The position numbers and the translations under genes were made by a program. The notes under the pieces are model-generated. The model was not told where the DNA came from. It worked only from the letters and a program-made list of their open reading frames with translations, and did not search any database. Shown here piece after piece: positions 29,601-41,100 of a stretch of 64,000 nucleotides of DNA (the first letter of the stretch is position 1; every line of letters starts with the position of its first letter). Location of the stretch: positions 124,001 through 188,000 of IMG/VR virus record IMGVR_UViG_3300033182_000674; one strand, 5' to 3'.

Positions 29601-31864
29601 TAGAAACCAACAACACTATTCATTCCACCAGCCCATTGACTTGTATGAAACATATATTTAACTCTTACTGGATTAGTAAAAGTAATATCACCAACAAAAT
29701 CATATCCTGATTTATACATTCTTAACGCATAAAAACTATTACCTAAATTAAATCCATAATTTGTGGCATCACCTAAAATATCATCTTGTCTTGTAAAATT
29801 AGGATTTCCATATTGGACCCATTCGTAACTTTGATCTACTGTTATATCATTTCTTATATTTTCATCATCAAAAAGATTATTACCATCAGAATCCAATAAT
29901 ACTAATACTTGATTAAAGACGCCACTATTATAATGACGAGATGGATAATATGTATCAGTTCGTATACGATCAATTAAGTAATCAGCTGGATTATATAGTT
30001 CTGGTTCTTGTTCTCTTTCTGTTCTGTCAGAATCAACATATACTCCTACTGAAGAAACTTCACCTTCCCAAGGTATCATTACTTCTTCACGACCACCAAT
30101 TTCACCAGCATAATATGCGGCTTGAGATGAGATCCAATTCCAATCGTATCCTCTAAATGAAGGACCAGGTTTTGAATGAGATATATAATGAGTATTATCG
30201 CTATGCCAATAATTAGAGCATGGCGAGTTAGTTGGAATATAATCGTATCCTTGAAGTTGACCATCAATAAATAATCTAATCCAACCATTTTGGTCTATTG
30301 TTGTATTTAAAGTATTTACATCAATAGAAGCATTTCTTTTTCCTGGCATGTATTCTAATACAATGCTATGTGATTGTCCATCTTGTGGTAAAGAAGAAAC
30401 TGGAACACTTATATCGTAATGTTCAATATAATCGACTGCCGAACCTAAATATAGATTTGAATTATAAATTCTACTTAATAATTTTTTAGTACCATTATCA
30501 TCAATAATAGCAATATATGTACCAACAGTAGCATCGCCAAAAGAGTTCCATAAATAATGAGGTAAACCAGAAAATAATACACCTCTTTCCCAGTTTGGTG
30601 GAAATGTTGTTTCAAACTTAAATACTACATTACGTTGATATTTGAGATTAAATGGTTCTGGTATATTATTTTTATAAGCATAACTCCAATAATCACCAAT
30701 AGTATAATCTGTATATTGTTGGATATTATCTATTAAAGATCTATTTCTAAATGAACTTTTAGATGCCCAAGAACCTTCTGCTAATTCTGTAGAAATATTT
30801 TGTTCACCAACTAAATCGCCATCAATAAATAATCTTGCTCTACCAGGATTAATGCGAATATCCCAAGCAATTAAATGTTCTTGTCCATCAGTTGGGAAAT
30901 TAGTAGTTGATACTTCTATTTCATAATTAATTGTATCTGGTCTTAAACCAACACTTAATATTAAATTACCTAAACCATCTAATCTTAAACGAGTATTATT
31001 TTCTACTGTACCAACTTCAAATAAAGTGCAGTCGGTTTGCTGTGAAGGAAAAATTGCTTTACATTCAAATGCAGCATCTTTAGCAATAGAATAATCTGAT
31101 ATGTAAGTAAGATCACCATCTGTTTTAACATAATCTGGATCTGGAATACAAGACTCTTCAACTCCATTAACTAATAATGTACGATTAATCTTATCATACG
31201 AAATTAATGTATGTTCCCAAATATTCGGTGATTGCACATTATCATTAACAGTAAAATCAACATTGTTAATTGTTAGAATGGTATCATTCTTATATTTTTT
31301 ATATGATACCAGAGTGTTACCATTAGCATCTTTTTGTGAAAATAATAATAAATTTTTATCTTTATTTGTATCTATCCAAGAGTTATAACTCCAAAATTCA
31401 TATGAATTTGAATTAAACGAACTATCAAAATTGGCATAAGGCTTAGTTATTAAACCACCCCTTTTACCATCAAGAAACACACTTGTTCGTTTTTGTAGAT
31501 TAATAAAATCTGGACTATTATATAAAACTTTAGTATTATCAGTAATTGTTATATCATATGCATTTAGAGATTGATCAGTTAAATCATATTCTACATTATT
31601 AGAATCTATAATCGAAAAGATTGGTTCATTAGCATTAGCTGCATTAAAATAATAATCAATTATAAATTTATCATTTTGTAAAATATCTTTAGTTTTAGTT
31701 GGATCAAAGTCATAACGACCATTACTAAAAAAATGAGAATTGGAAACCGCAGAAGACGTGTTGATAAATATTTTTTGCTTAAGTTGGTCTGCTACAAAAG
31801 CAATGTCAAACTCAGAACCAAATTGTGGTAATTCACCTATACTATCAAATAAATAATAAGTCAT
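26663..31864 (-). CDS. 1733-aa multi-lectin virion protein (LamG/ConA-like, SPRY-like and beta-helix-like segments)
   Basis: WEHTLISYD...LLVNG (LamG-like), two tandem DGQxH...RLFIDG modules, YFEITV...GDVLSVLVD...TFYWNG (SPRY-like) and GAVLMLPEGRY (start of a pectin-lyase-like fold). Confidence 0.6.
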   Translation of the reverse strand: MTYYLFDSIGELPQFGSEFDIAFVADQLKQKIFINTSSAVSNSHFFSNGRYDFDPTKTKDILQNDKFIIDYYFNAANANEPIFSIIDSNNVEYDLTDQSLNAYDITITDNTKVLYNSPDFINLQKRTSVFLDGKRGGLITKPYANFDSSFNSNSYEFWSYNSWIDTNKDKNLLLFSQKDANGNTLVSYKKYKNDTILTINNVDFTVNDNVQSPNIWEHTLISYDKINRTLLVNGVEESCIPDPDYVKTDGDLTYISDYSIAKDAAFECKAIFPSQQTDCTLFEVGTVENNTRLRLDGLGNLILSVGLRPDTINYEIEVSTTNFPTDGQEHLIAWDIRINPGRARLFIDGDLVGEQNISTELAEGSWASKSSFRNRSLIDNIQQYTDYTIGDYWSYAYKNNIPEPFNLKYQRNVVFKFETTFPPNWERGVLFSGLPHYLWNSFGDATVGTYIAIIDDNGTKKLLSRIYNSNLYLGSAVDYIEHYDISVPVSSLPQDGQSHSIVLEYMPGKRNASIDVNTLNTTIDQNGWIRLFIDGQLQGYDYIPTNSPCSNYWHSDNTHYISHSKPGPSFRGYDWNWISSQAAYYAGEIGGREEVMIPWEGEVSSVGVYVDSDRTEREQEPELYNPADYLIDRIRTDTYYPSRHYNSGVFNQVLVLLDSDGNNLFDDENIRNDITVDQSYEWVQYGNPNFTRQDDILGDATNYGFNLGNSFYALRMYKSGYDFVGDITFTNPVRVKYMFHTSQWAGGMNSVVGFYTELYTSDPAAQGQISRWSYRRQAADGDNWNVPWGTGPLNTYRHFNMRNVSALDASVPKNLVHRSIIDENYLPNGSATIPNNDYLQYRMFGDNLTQPNNIITQSNKEVIIDFGGNQYNMNSLYYDGDQYGRWPYLIKTDNPIMPSSSNNQFYFEITVEANNKASTSIPNTLRLFLCLITEEAFNANLGVESVNRKDQLGIYLGKDGYLKEFQQLYDRSLQKGDVLSVLVDEADQSVTFYWNGSYAGRPSYKNLPDKEYYIAISDMEYINAQGLERSVKINFDVATQVYSPDYLLTKNNTAGAPNGGFGFGLLGNYDSWQDSITGDLIYYPNVNFDSISDNTLNIGADILSLNFEERGSDYAIDYVTNQSGKGLNSILNYTGDSDLTNTLTNMPNGAVLMLPEGRYKVTLYEDSYSATGISRHAETLFKGNNFLLCGATDNPNNVVIDLDYDSNYRNNLFYFPLFGYGDDDLSQYAYLKVNRYPDPNFKPNGYKVCNSVYANGGKAYRTIFDNNSENLIFYYQSPYFTQQINYDQCIFTNYSTLNASPYGKGDEAVLTNCYLSDKTSASANSYSGVVTVNTKDDAYSDSNYVYHGVYNGFIQGFELHNIGLAESGYTVDSSIPTVDSSTELLVSAGVDSLILLSHNTNGDLLINNNQIPTNTELDTWEYIRLTYDSGVITVDHNDSTIHSEQINFNFDSAQLYIGGGLSLNNVTGNYTVENLNGYIKAFRIKTSNIDSVSRPLEQYQGDQNDDLIVAANDIDIPGSSLLTKVGTVTKSSFSPFSADAYRWFDVETYYPINGVIVDSSGRNPTTKVLNRPSWNTAAPLIFDSAEYDQDSALGVVVSLRKYDEENNEILWKYEDFQNYSQLVDIGDDSINKNYLIRLLSGQDQSMMTGREAVIQFEGYIDSNIYPVITLDEYTVLEDNIRISVICNRYQTTISNFNFPGAIQYVNMEYLPLSGLNVNDFDFDSYYEEPLIGV

Positions 31865-31877
31865 TTATCTCACCAAC

Positions 31878-32135
31878 TTAAGACATAGAGCTTACTGTAA
31901 TTACAATGTTATCATTCAATCCAGCTTGATATGATAAATTAACACTTGTTCCGTTTGTTGCAGTAAAATCTTCTCCGTCCAATAATGATACACCATTAGC
32001 AAACACCTGAATACTTCCAGGTGAATATGCTAAGGTATTTCCATTGTTATCTATACCAGAAAAAGCTTGTTGTCCTGCTGTAGCAACATAGTAATAATGA
32101 TTATATTGAACAGCTCTAAGATTACTTAATCTCAT
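31878..32135 (-). CDS. Stand-alone copy of the Ig-like fibre module (about 85 aa)
   Basis: YVATAGQQAFSGIDNNGNTLAY...VFANGVSL..GEDFTATNGTSVNL matches the modules in the 2565- and 4627-aa proteins. The ATG at 32135 with a GGAG RBS is preferred to the TTG at 32156. Confidence 0.7.
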   Translation of the reverse strand: MRLSNLRAVQYNHYYYVATAGQQAFSGIDNNGNTLAYSPGSIQVFANGVSLLDGEDFTATNGTSVNLSYQAGLNDNIVITVSSMS

Positions 32136-32137
32136 AA

Positions 32138-35100
32138 TTACTCCGTTAAAATCCAACCTCTGGTATTATTATAGTATACTAATCCAACTGCTGCAGCATT
32201 TACATCAATAACTAAGTTTCCACTTAAACCATTAATCTTATTGCCTTGTGGATCAACTGTAATGTTATTAGTAAATGCATTACCCATACCATCAATAATC
32301 TTCACTTCATCACCAAATCTTGGATTAACAGGAAGATTAACCGTTACTGCAGATGTAGTATCAACAATTAACTTCTGACCAATATTTGCGTTATATGTTG
32401 TAGCAGTAATTTCTTGCCATGAACCATTATTAGCTCTAGTAACATTTACAATCGATACTAAATCATTGTTATTTGCTGCTTGAGTTAATGTAATGGTATC
32501 ACCAGAATCAATAGTATAATCAGCACCTTTAGCTACAAAGATACCATTGATGTATACCATATGATTAGATGGGTTATAGTGTAATGTTGCACCATTATCA
32601 TCTGTACCATTAAAGACAGTTTGATTAGAATCTGCAGTAAAGTCATAAGAGTAGATAACAGTATCATCTGCTACACCACCAAACATTCCTGCAACATTCT
32701 CAACTACATATAATTCATCACCAAGATCCAATCCTGTTGTTAATGTAACTGTTGTACCAGCTGAATCGATACTCCAGTCTTCACCTTCAACAATTAAGAT
32801 ACCACCTGCATATACAAGAGTAGCATTTGGATTAACTGTAAATCCAGTAAATACTGTTTGATTATTTGCTGTAGCAATTATTCTATTAAAGTTAGTTGCA
32901 GCTTCAGTAGTATTTTCTGCTACAATTTGTAGAACTTGTGCTGAATCAACAGTACCAGCACCGCCACTAACTGCATCAACTCTAGCATTAATGTATGCTG
33001 AATCGATTAAGCTAAAGATTGCATTTGAATCAACACCTACTTCAGGAATTGTTACTAATGAATTAATGTATGCGCTATCTACAATATCTTGTACAAAACC
33101 AGAATCTCTTACACGATCTCTAGCTTGAATATAGACAGTATCTACAATGTTAGTAACAAATGCTGAATCTCTAAAGATATCAGTCTGACGAGATTGGATA
33201 TAATCAGAATCAATTAGAGCAAAGATTGCAGCAGAATCAACACCTTGTACTAAGTTGTTAATATAAGTTGCATCAACAATATCTGTAATGAAGCTAGAAT
33301 CTCTAACTCTATCACGTGCTTGGATATAAACAGTATCAACAATGTTAGTTACAAATGCAGAGTCTCTAAAGATATCCGCTTGTCTAGTTTGAATATAATT
33401 ACTATCAATAATTGATGTTACTGCAGCAGAATCAACACCTTGTACTAAGTTGTTGATATAAGCTGCATCAATAATATTTTGATAATCAAACGGTGTTACT
33501 CTATTATCAATATAAGAAGTATCAACTACTGTATTGATAACATTAATTGTATCACCAGAATCCCATACATTTGCACCACCAGTACCTGATAGTGCATTTG
33601 ATAGTGCACTAACAATCAAGTCATCGCTTGCACTTGCAGAATCAGTTAATGTGATTGATGTAGAATCTGCTGTATAATCAACACCTTCTAATAAGTTGAA
33701 ACCATTCAAGTAAACCTGAATAGATCCAGCTGTAACATTCAATGAATTATTATTAGCATCTAAGCCAGTAAATACTCTTTGACCATCTGTTGCAACATAA
33801 TGATAGTTAACATACTCACCACCAATAACCTGAGTTATATTCTTAATAGTGGTGTAAGTATTATTAGTTGTATTATTGATTGTTACATCGCCGTTTGAAT
33901 CAATATCAACTCTAGCATTAATATAAGCTGAATCAATAATACTTGTTACTGTTGCTGAATCAACTCCACCAGAGAAGTTACTATCAACCGCAATAGTTAA
34001 TGCTTTAGTTACTGCATCAGTAGAAAGAATGATTCCGTTACCGGCATCAACCGCAAGAGTATCTTCACCAATTGCAACAATATCATCTTGGCCATCAACT
34101 TGAATAGTCTTAAATCCACTACCAAGTGCTACTTTAACTTCACCATTACCTAAGTCTGAAACCTGGAATCCAGTATAGTTATCAAACTTAATTAATGAAA
34201 CATCAGAGATAGTCTTATTAATTCCATTAGCAGAATCAACTTCTTGAACTGTTAATGAAGGAGGAGTTCTATCTGCGATGTAATCTGAATCGATGATATC
34301 TTGTACAAAACCAGAATCTCTTACACGATCTCTAGCTTGAATATAAACTGTATCAACAATATTAGTTACAAATGCTGAATCTCTAAAGAAGTCAACTTGT
34401 CTTGCTTGTACATAAGCCGAATCAATAACTGTAATATAATCAAAGTCATCAGCTAATTGATTAACATAAGCACTATCAACAATATTAGTTATGAATGCTG
34501 AATCTCTGAAGAAGTCAACTTGTCTTGCTTGTACGTAAGCACTATCAACAAGAGCAGTTACTCTAGCTTCTGTATAGTATTGATTTGAGCCTTCAGTTAA
34601 GTTATCAGTAGTAAATGGTTGTAAAGTAATACTATCACTAAATGTATTACCATCAGCAGTAGATACAGATAGTTCACCTGTTGCATCATTATAAGTTACA
34701 CCTGTTACACCTGCAACATTAACTTCACCGACACTATCAATGAAACCAGAAGCATCAATTGTTACAACTGGAATCTTACTTGCTGAGCCATAAGTACCTG
34801 GATTAACATTTGAATTTCTAGATAATCCATCTGAATACAACGTACCAACTTGAAGATCTGCAAAGTTGAATGACGCATGACCGGTATTAATTTGAGGATC
34901 ATCATCAGGCTCTGGAGTATATCCATCAAAGATTTTCCATCTGCCATCAGTAGCATCTCTAAAGATACCAGTATGAGCATATGAACCAGTATCATTGTAG
35001 TTACCAGCAAAACCAAGATCAACATAAATTGTTGGAGAATTACCTGATTCTAAATGATTCAGATAAATCATATTATCATCTACTAATAAGTTAACAGAGT

Positions 35101-38100
35101 TAATAGTGGTTGTAGTACCATTAACTTGTAAATCACCTTCAACAACTAAACCATTGGTTGTACGTAAGCTATTAATAACAACTGCTGCATTTGAATCAAT
35201 CGCAAATTCACCATCAGCTTGATTGTATGTAATACCATTACCACCAGAAGAGAACATTCCTCTTACTGTTGAAGCTTTAACTCTTTCTGATACATAATCA
35301 GAATCAACTGTTGTAATCAATATAGGACGAGTAATAATTTCGTCGCCATCAATAGTAACCTTAGAGTTATTATCTAATCCAATAGAAGTACCATCTAAGT
35401 ATAAACTATTACCACTTAAATATAATTCACCAAATGGTTTTGCAAGACTACCAATTGTTTGTCCTGAATCAGTAGCAATAATATTGCCTGATGTAGTAAT
35501 ATTATTGAATTGAACATTAGAAGTAGTTGATACTGCCTGACCAATCTTAAATTGACCGGTCGCTTTAGTATAAATTACACCAGTTCCAGCAGAGAATAGA
35601 TTTCTAATAGTCTGTTTATTAACTCTATCAGTTACATATCCTGAATCAACAATAGTAGCAATATATGGCTCATCAACTGCAGTATGGATATAATCACTAT
35701 CAGCATTATATCTAATCCAAGCAAGATTAGCAGCTGATAAGATATAGTTACTATCAGCATTTTGTCTAATCCAATCTTGACCAGCTGCTGACTTAATATA
35801 ATCAGAATCAGCATTTAGTCTAATCCACTCTTGGTTAGCTGCAGTCTTAATATAATCAGAATCTGCTGCTGATAAGATATAAGATGAATCTGCGTTATAT
35901 CTGATCCACTCTTGATCAGCATTGAATTTAATCCAATCAGAATCTGCTGCGGTTTTAATATAATCACTATCAGCGTTAAATCTTATCCATTCTTGATTAG
36001 CTGCAGTTTTAATATAATCAGAATCTGCTACGAATTTAATCCAATCAGAATCTGCTGCAGTCTTAATATAATCAGAATCTGCATTTAATCTAATCCACTC
36101 TTGATCAGCATGACTTTTGATCCAAGCTGAATCGGCGATTCCTTGTACCCAATCAGAGGTAAAGATATCTTCAACAAGACTTAATCCGTTAATGAATATG
36201 CCAGAATCAGCATTTATGGTTCCAGCAACATCAACATTATAAGCTGCAGTAGTTTTACCAATTGCAATATTCTTTTGTGGTAATCTATAAACTACATAAG
36301 ATGGATCTTCACGGAAAGGTGTTTCAGGCTCAAGTAATACACCATCAATATAGATCTTGCCACCGTTAAGAGCAATATCACCGTTATTAACTTGTAAGCG
36401 ACCTTGAAGATCTAAACCTTGGAAGTTAGGAGCTGGACGGCCAACACCCATTCTAACTCCAAAGAATGGAGACTTAGTATTAGATGCGTATGAGATTCTA
36501 CCAAATGGATCATAATGGAATGCAACATCATCAACCGCTGTTGTAATTTCATCTGTAACTTCTGTAAAGCTTGGAACAGTTGAATAATCAAAGCGTGCAG
36601 TTACATAAGCAGAATCAATAAAGAATTCGTAATCAAATGGAGTAACTCTTTGGTTAACATACGCAGAGTCGAAGTATTCTTCAGCACTATCAGGACCAAT
36701 AAAGTATTCATTGGTAATATGACTAACATAAACATCACCAATAGAGTCAATACTTGGAATAATCTTATCACCAGATAGATATAATGCACCAGTAAAGTTA
36801 ATGTCACCACCAACATCCAAATCATATTGTGGTTGACTAACATGAATACCTACATTACCACCGCCAATATATCTTAAGTTATTAGTGTAATTATCATGAC
36901 CGAAGAAATATTGTGGATACATTAAGTCATGAATATAATCAAAATTAGCTGCACTATGAATATAATCGCTATCAGCGTTATATCTAATCCACGCTCTATT
37001 TGTTACATCATCAAGAATGTAGTTATATAATCTCTTACCTTGTCTATAATAATCAGTTGAGTTAATATTACCATTAACATCTAATACGTAGTTAGCGCCA
37101 GCTTCTGCTTGGTTAATAGCAACCTGGCCGCCAACAATTGCAAGAGTATTATCATTTGCAACATCATAACCTGCTGCACCGGTACCTAAGCCAATTGCCA
37201 TCGCATAGTTACCAGAGGCAGTAGCATATGCACCGAGAGCGGTTGATTTAAATCCAGTTGTTGTATTATCATGACCAATTGCAACTGATTGTGCAGTAGT
37301 TGCAGTATTATCATAACCTACCGCAAAACCTCTACCTGATACAGTATTACCTGCACCATAAGCATATGATGTTAAACCACCTGCACCATCGACTGTATTA
37401 TCGTAACCAAATGCGAAACCACCATTATTGATAGTTTGATTTGTACCAAATGCATAACCACCATGATCAATAGTAAGATTATCACCAAATGCGAAGCCGC
37501 CATAGCTAATAGCATTTGATTTACCATACACAAAACCAGAAGAGGAGATGGTACTATTATTACCATAAATGGATGAATTATCTACGCTATTAATATTAGA
37601 CGATCCTACATTGTTTCGGCCAAAGACAGTAATACTACGATTACTAGTATTACCTACACCGAATATTGTAGCGCCATAAGTGTTTGAATGGTTGTCAGAA
37701 CCAACTACTAGTCTAACTTGATAGTTACCATCGTTATTAACACCAATTACTGTACCATATGAATTGTTGTTATTATTCCAACCAAGTACACCGCCTCGAC
37801 TATTGCTAGTATTATTAAAACCAATTACAGTTTCGTAACTATTGCCTCGGTTGCCGCCACCTACAATATTTGAAGAATAGCCATCTCTGTTACCCCAACC
37901 GATAACATGAGAATAAGTTGACATATTATTGTCATGACCAATTGCATGCGAACCTTGACCAGCTGAGCTTGAAGTACCAATTACTGTAGTACCTGTGCTT
38001 GCATAGTTATTTTTACCAATTGCAACACCGCTATTACCAGCAGTACTTCCAGAACCAACAACAACCGAACCTGATCCAGCAGATATTGAAGCACCAACAC

Positions 38101-41100
38101 CTATTGCACTATTACTAGTAGTAACATCATTACCAATAGATACAGATGAATTGGTTGAATTTACTCGACGACCAAGTGATACTGATGTATTGTGAGATGT
38201 TGCTTCACGACCAATCGATACAGATGAATTACCAGATGTAGCAATTCTACCCAATGATAACGCATTGTTTCCAGCTGTTACATCATAACCTAATGAAACA
38301 CCGGTACTAGTAGATGTTGCTTCATAACCAATTGCAAGTAATTCAGCCGCACTAACATCATAACCAATTGCAACAGAGTTATTAGTATTACCATGAGATA
38401 CGTTATAACCAATAGATATTTGTTGATCTGCTGTGTTACTATGTGTAATATGATGACCAAGCGCTATAGATTGATCACCCGCGTTTAGAATATCACTACC
38501 AATAGATATAGAATAATATTTAGCGCCTGACGTGCCAGCCCCAACTTCATAACCAATTGCTGTTGAGAAGGCAGAAGCTGTAGCATTATAACCAAGGGCA
38601 ATAGACGAAATTTCTACTTCGGTATCATCCCAATTAGTAGTAACACCATCAACCCAACCTGCTCTTAATGCACCACGATGGCCGATCCACATGAATCTTG
38701 AACCTTCGCCATAATCAGGAACAACACCAGGAATCATACCGCCTGGGCTATCTGCAAAATCAGTACTCTTAAGAATAGTATTACCGCCATCAACCAATAA
38801 TCTGGTTGACGAATCGATAAGATTGTCTAGTGTACCAACTACTACGGCGCCTTCAGTTTCAGTATATAAATCTAAATTACCTGAATCATCTCTATTTCTA
38901 TATTTCCAAGGTGTAGCAATTCTTTCACCAATATAGTCAGAATCAACAATATCTTCAATACGATCTTGGAAAGGTACACCATCAAAATAAATATCACCAC
39001 TTTCAAGATATAAATTACCACTATCAGTAATATTAACATTGGTGTCAATGACATTTAGTTGGTTATTAAACTCAACAACATCATTAAAATCTACAGTATT
39101 ATTGAAAGTAACAATATCATTAAAGTCAGCTTCACCCGTGAAAGTAGATGTAGCTGGAACACTTAATGTGCCATCAATATTAACTGTATTAACAATTCTC
39201 TGAGATTTACCGCCAATATAAATTTTATCATTTGGATTAATTAAACTATTAGCATTAAGAATTTCTAAAGTTTGTGTATCAACTTTATTAACATCATTTG
39301 ATGTAAGTGTAGTTTTAGTTGCACCAGTTGAATCTAATATAGTAAATTGACTAAATTGTAAATTATAATTTAACGATCCACCAGTTACGTCATCAGGACC
39401 AGATACAATAAATTTATTGTTTGGGAATGCTCTATCAGTAATAGTCCATTTTTTATCAGTTACACTAACTGAACCTTCATTAAACCACAATCTTGGTGGA
39501 TTAACTGTACCGTCATAATAGAAATCAGGACCATATTGTAAAGTTATTGGTGTCCAATTTTGATCGTGTCTAATCCATTCAATAAACTTACCAGTTGGCT
39601 CTACTGGATTTAAGAAGAAGTTAATATAGAACCAAGGATCACCAGCAGTAATTTGATTTGCAATTGTTACAATACCGGTACTTGGATTACCAATCTGATC
39701 ACTATCATATACAAATGGATTTTTTCCAGCTACATATGGAATATCACTATCAGCAAAAGTAATATTATATGTGAAATTCGAATCAGCAACAATCAAACTT
39801 TCGAAGAAGGTAGCATCTCCACCTACAACAACACCATCTTCAAACTTACCTTTACCTATAATATGTAATCTTTCTTCAGCATGAGCAGTTCCAACACCAA
39901 GTTTCCAATCAACTTGATTAGGACCAACACCCATGAATACAGTATGACCACCAAAAGAGTCGACCGTATTGTGTTGCCAATGGTCACTATCATGAACTCT
40001 TTCCATGATATAATTACTATCAATGAAGTATGAAAAATAGTCAGAATCAATAATGTCTCGTAATGCTGATTCGTTAAGCTCAACTCTATCATTAATATAT
40101 GTTGCATCAACAATTGGACTTAAGAAAATAGAATCAATATAGCTATCTAAATGACCGTGGAATTCCATATCATCGATATAGAGTTCACCAAAATTAGCAT
40201 TACCATCAACATCTAAGTTATATCTTAAATCTGGAGTTGAAGTTCCAATACCAACTGAAGTAGGAACTGCGCCTTGAGGATTAAAGAATAATGAAGTACC
40301 AGTTTGATTTCTTTGCCAGAATTCGTCTGAAGATATTCTTGCTTGTATATAAGCACTATCTGCTGTTGCTAATATAGTGTCTATGATTGTTTGTAATGTT
40401 AAGATGCTTGCTTGTGGAACTGGATCTCCTAAGTTACCAGCTGCTAATAGCGAAGCTTTACCGCCACCAGTATATGGATATGTCCAAGTAGAACCATTAA
40501 CTCGCGAAGTTAATTGATCATCTGAATACAATAAGTAGTCATAACTATCAGCACCTATTTCAACATAGTATTGATTCTGATTAGGTTCAGTTGTACCAGT
40601 TGCTTCATCAATCCAAATTAAATCGCCTCTATTAAATAGACCAGCAGTAAACATTGTAATTACTGGACCAGCCGACTCTCTAATATTAGCAATAAAATCA
40701 AAAGTTCCAGTAAATGATTGCGGTGATGGACCGCCTTCAGCTGTACCATATGGACCTTGGTATGCTCCAGCAGCAGTTAAGTCAATAGATTGTGTTAAGT
40801 TAACATTAGAATAAATTTCGAATGTTGTAGCAGTAATTACTTTAGCAAAATACCAATTACCATTTAGAACAGTTGTTCCAACTATGTTGTTGAATTTAAC
40901 ATATTGTCCATCAACCAATCCATGAGGATCGGCTGTTGTTATGACACCAGGATCTGTCAATGAAATTGTAGTAACTTCAACTGGTCCTGTTGAACCAATA
41001 ACTCTAGCATTTAATGCAGCATCAAGTGATCCACTTAATGTATGTGCAATATAACTATCTAATGATAACTCACCGAGATTAGTTTGAATGAATAAATCAA

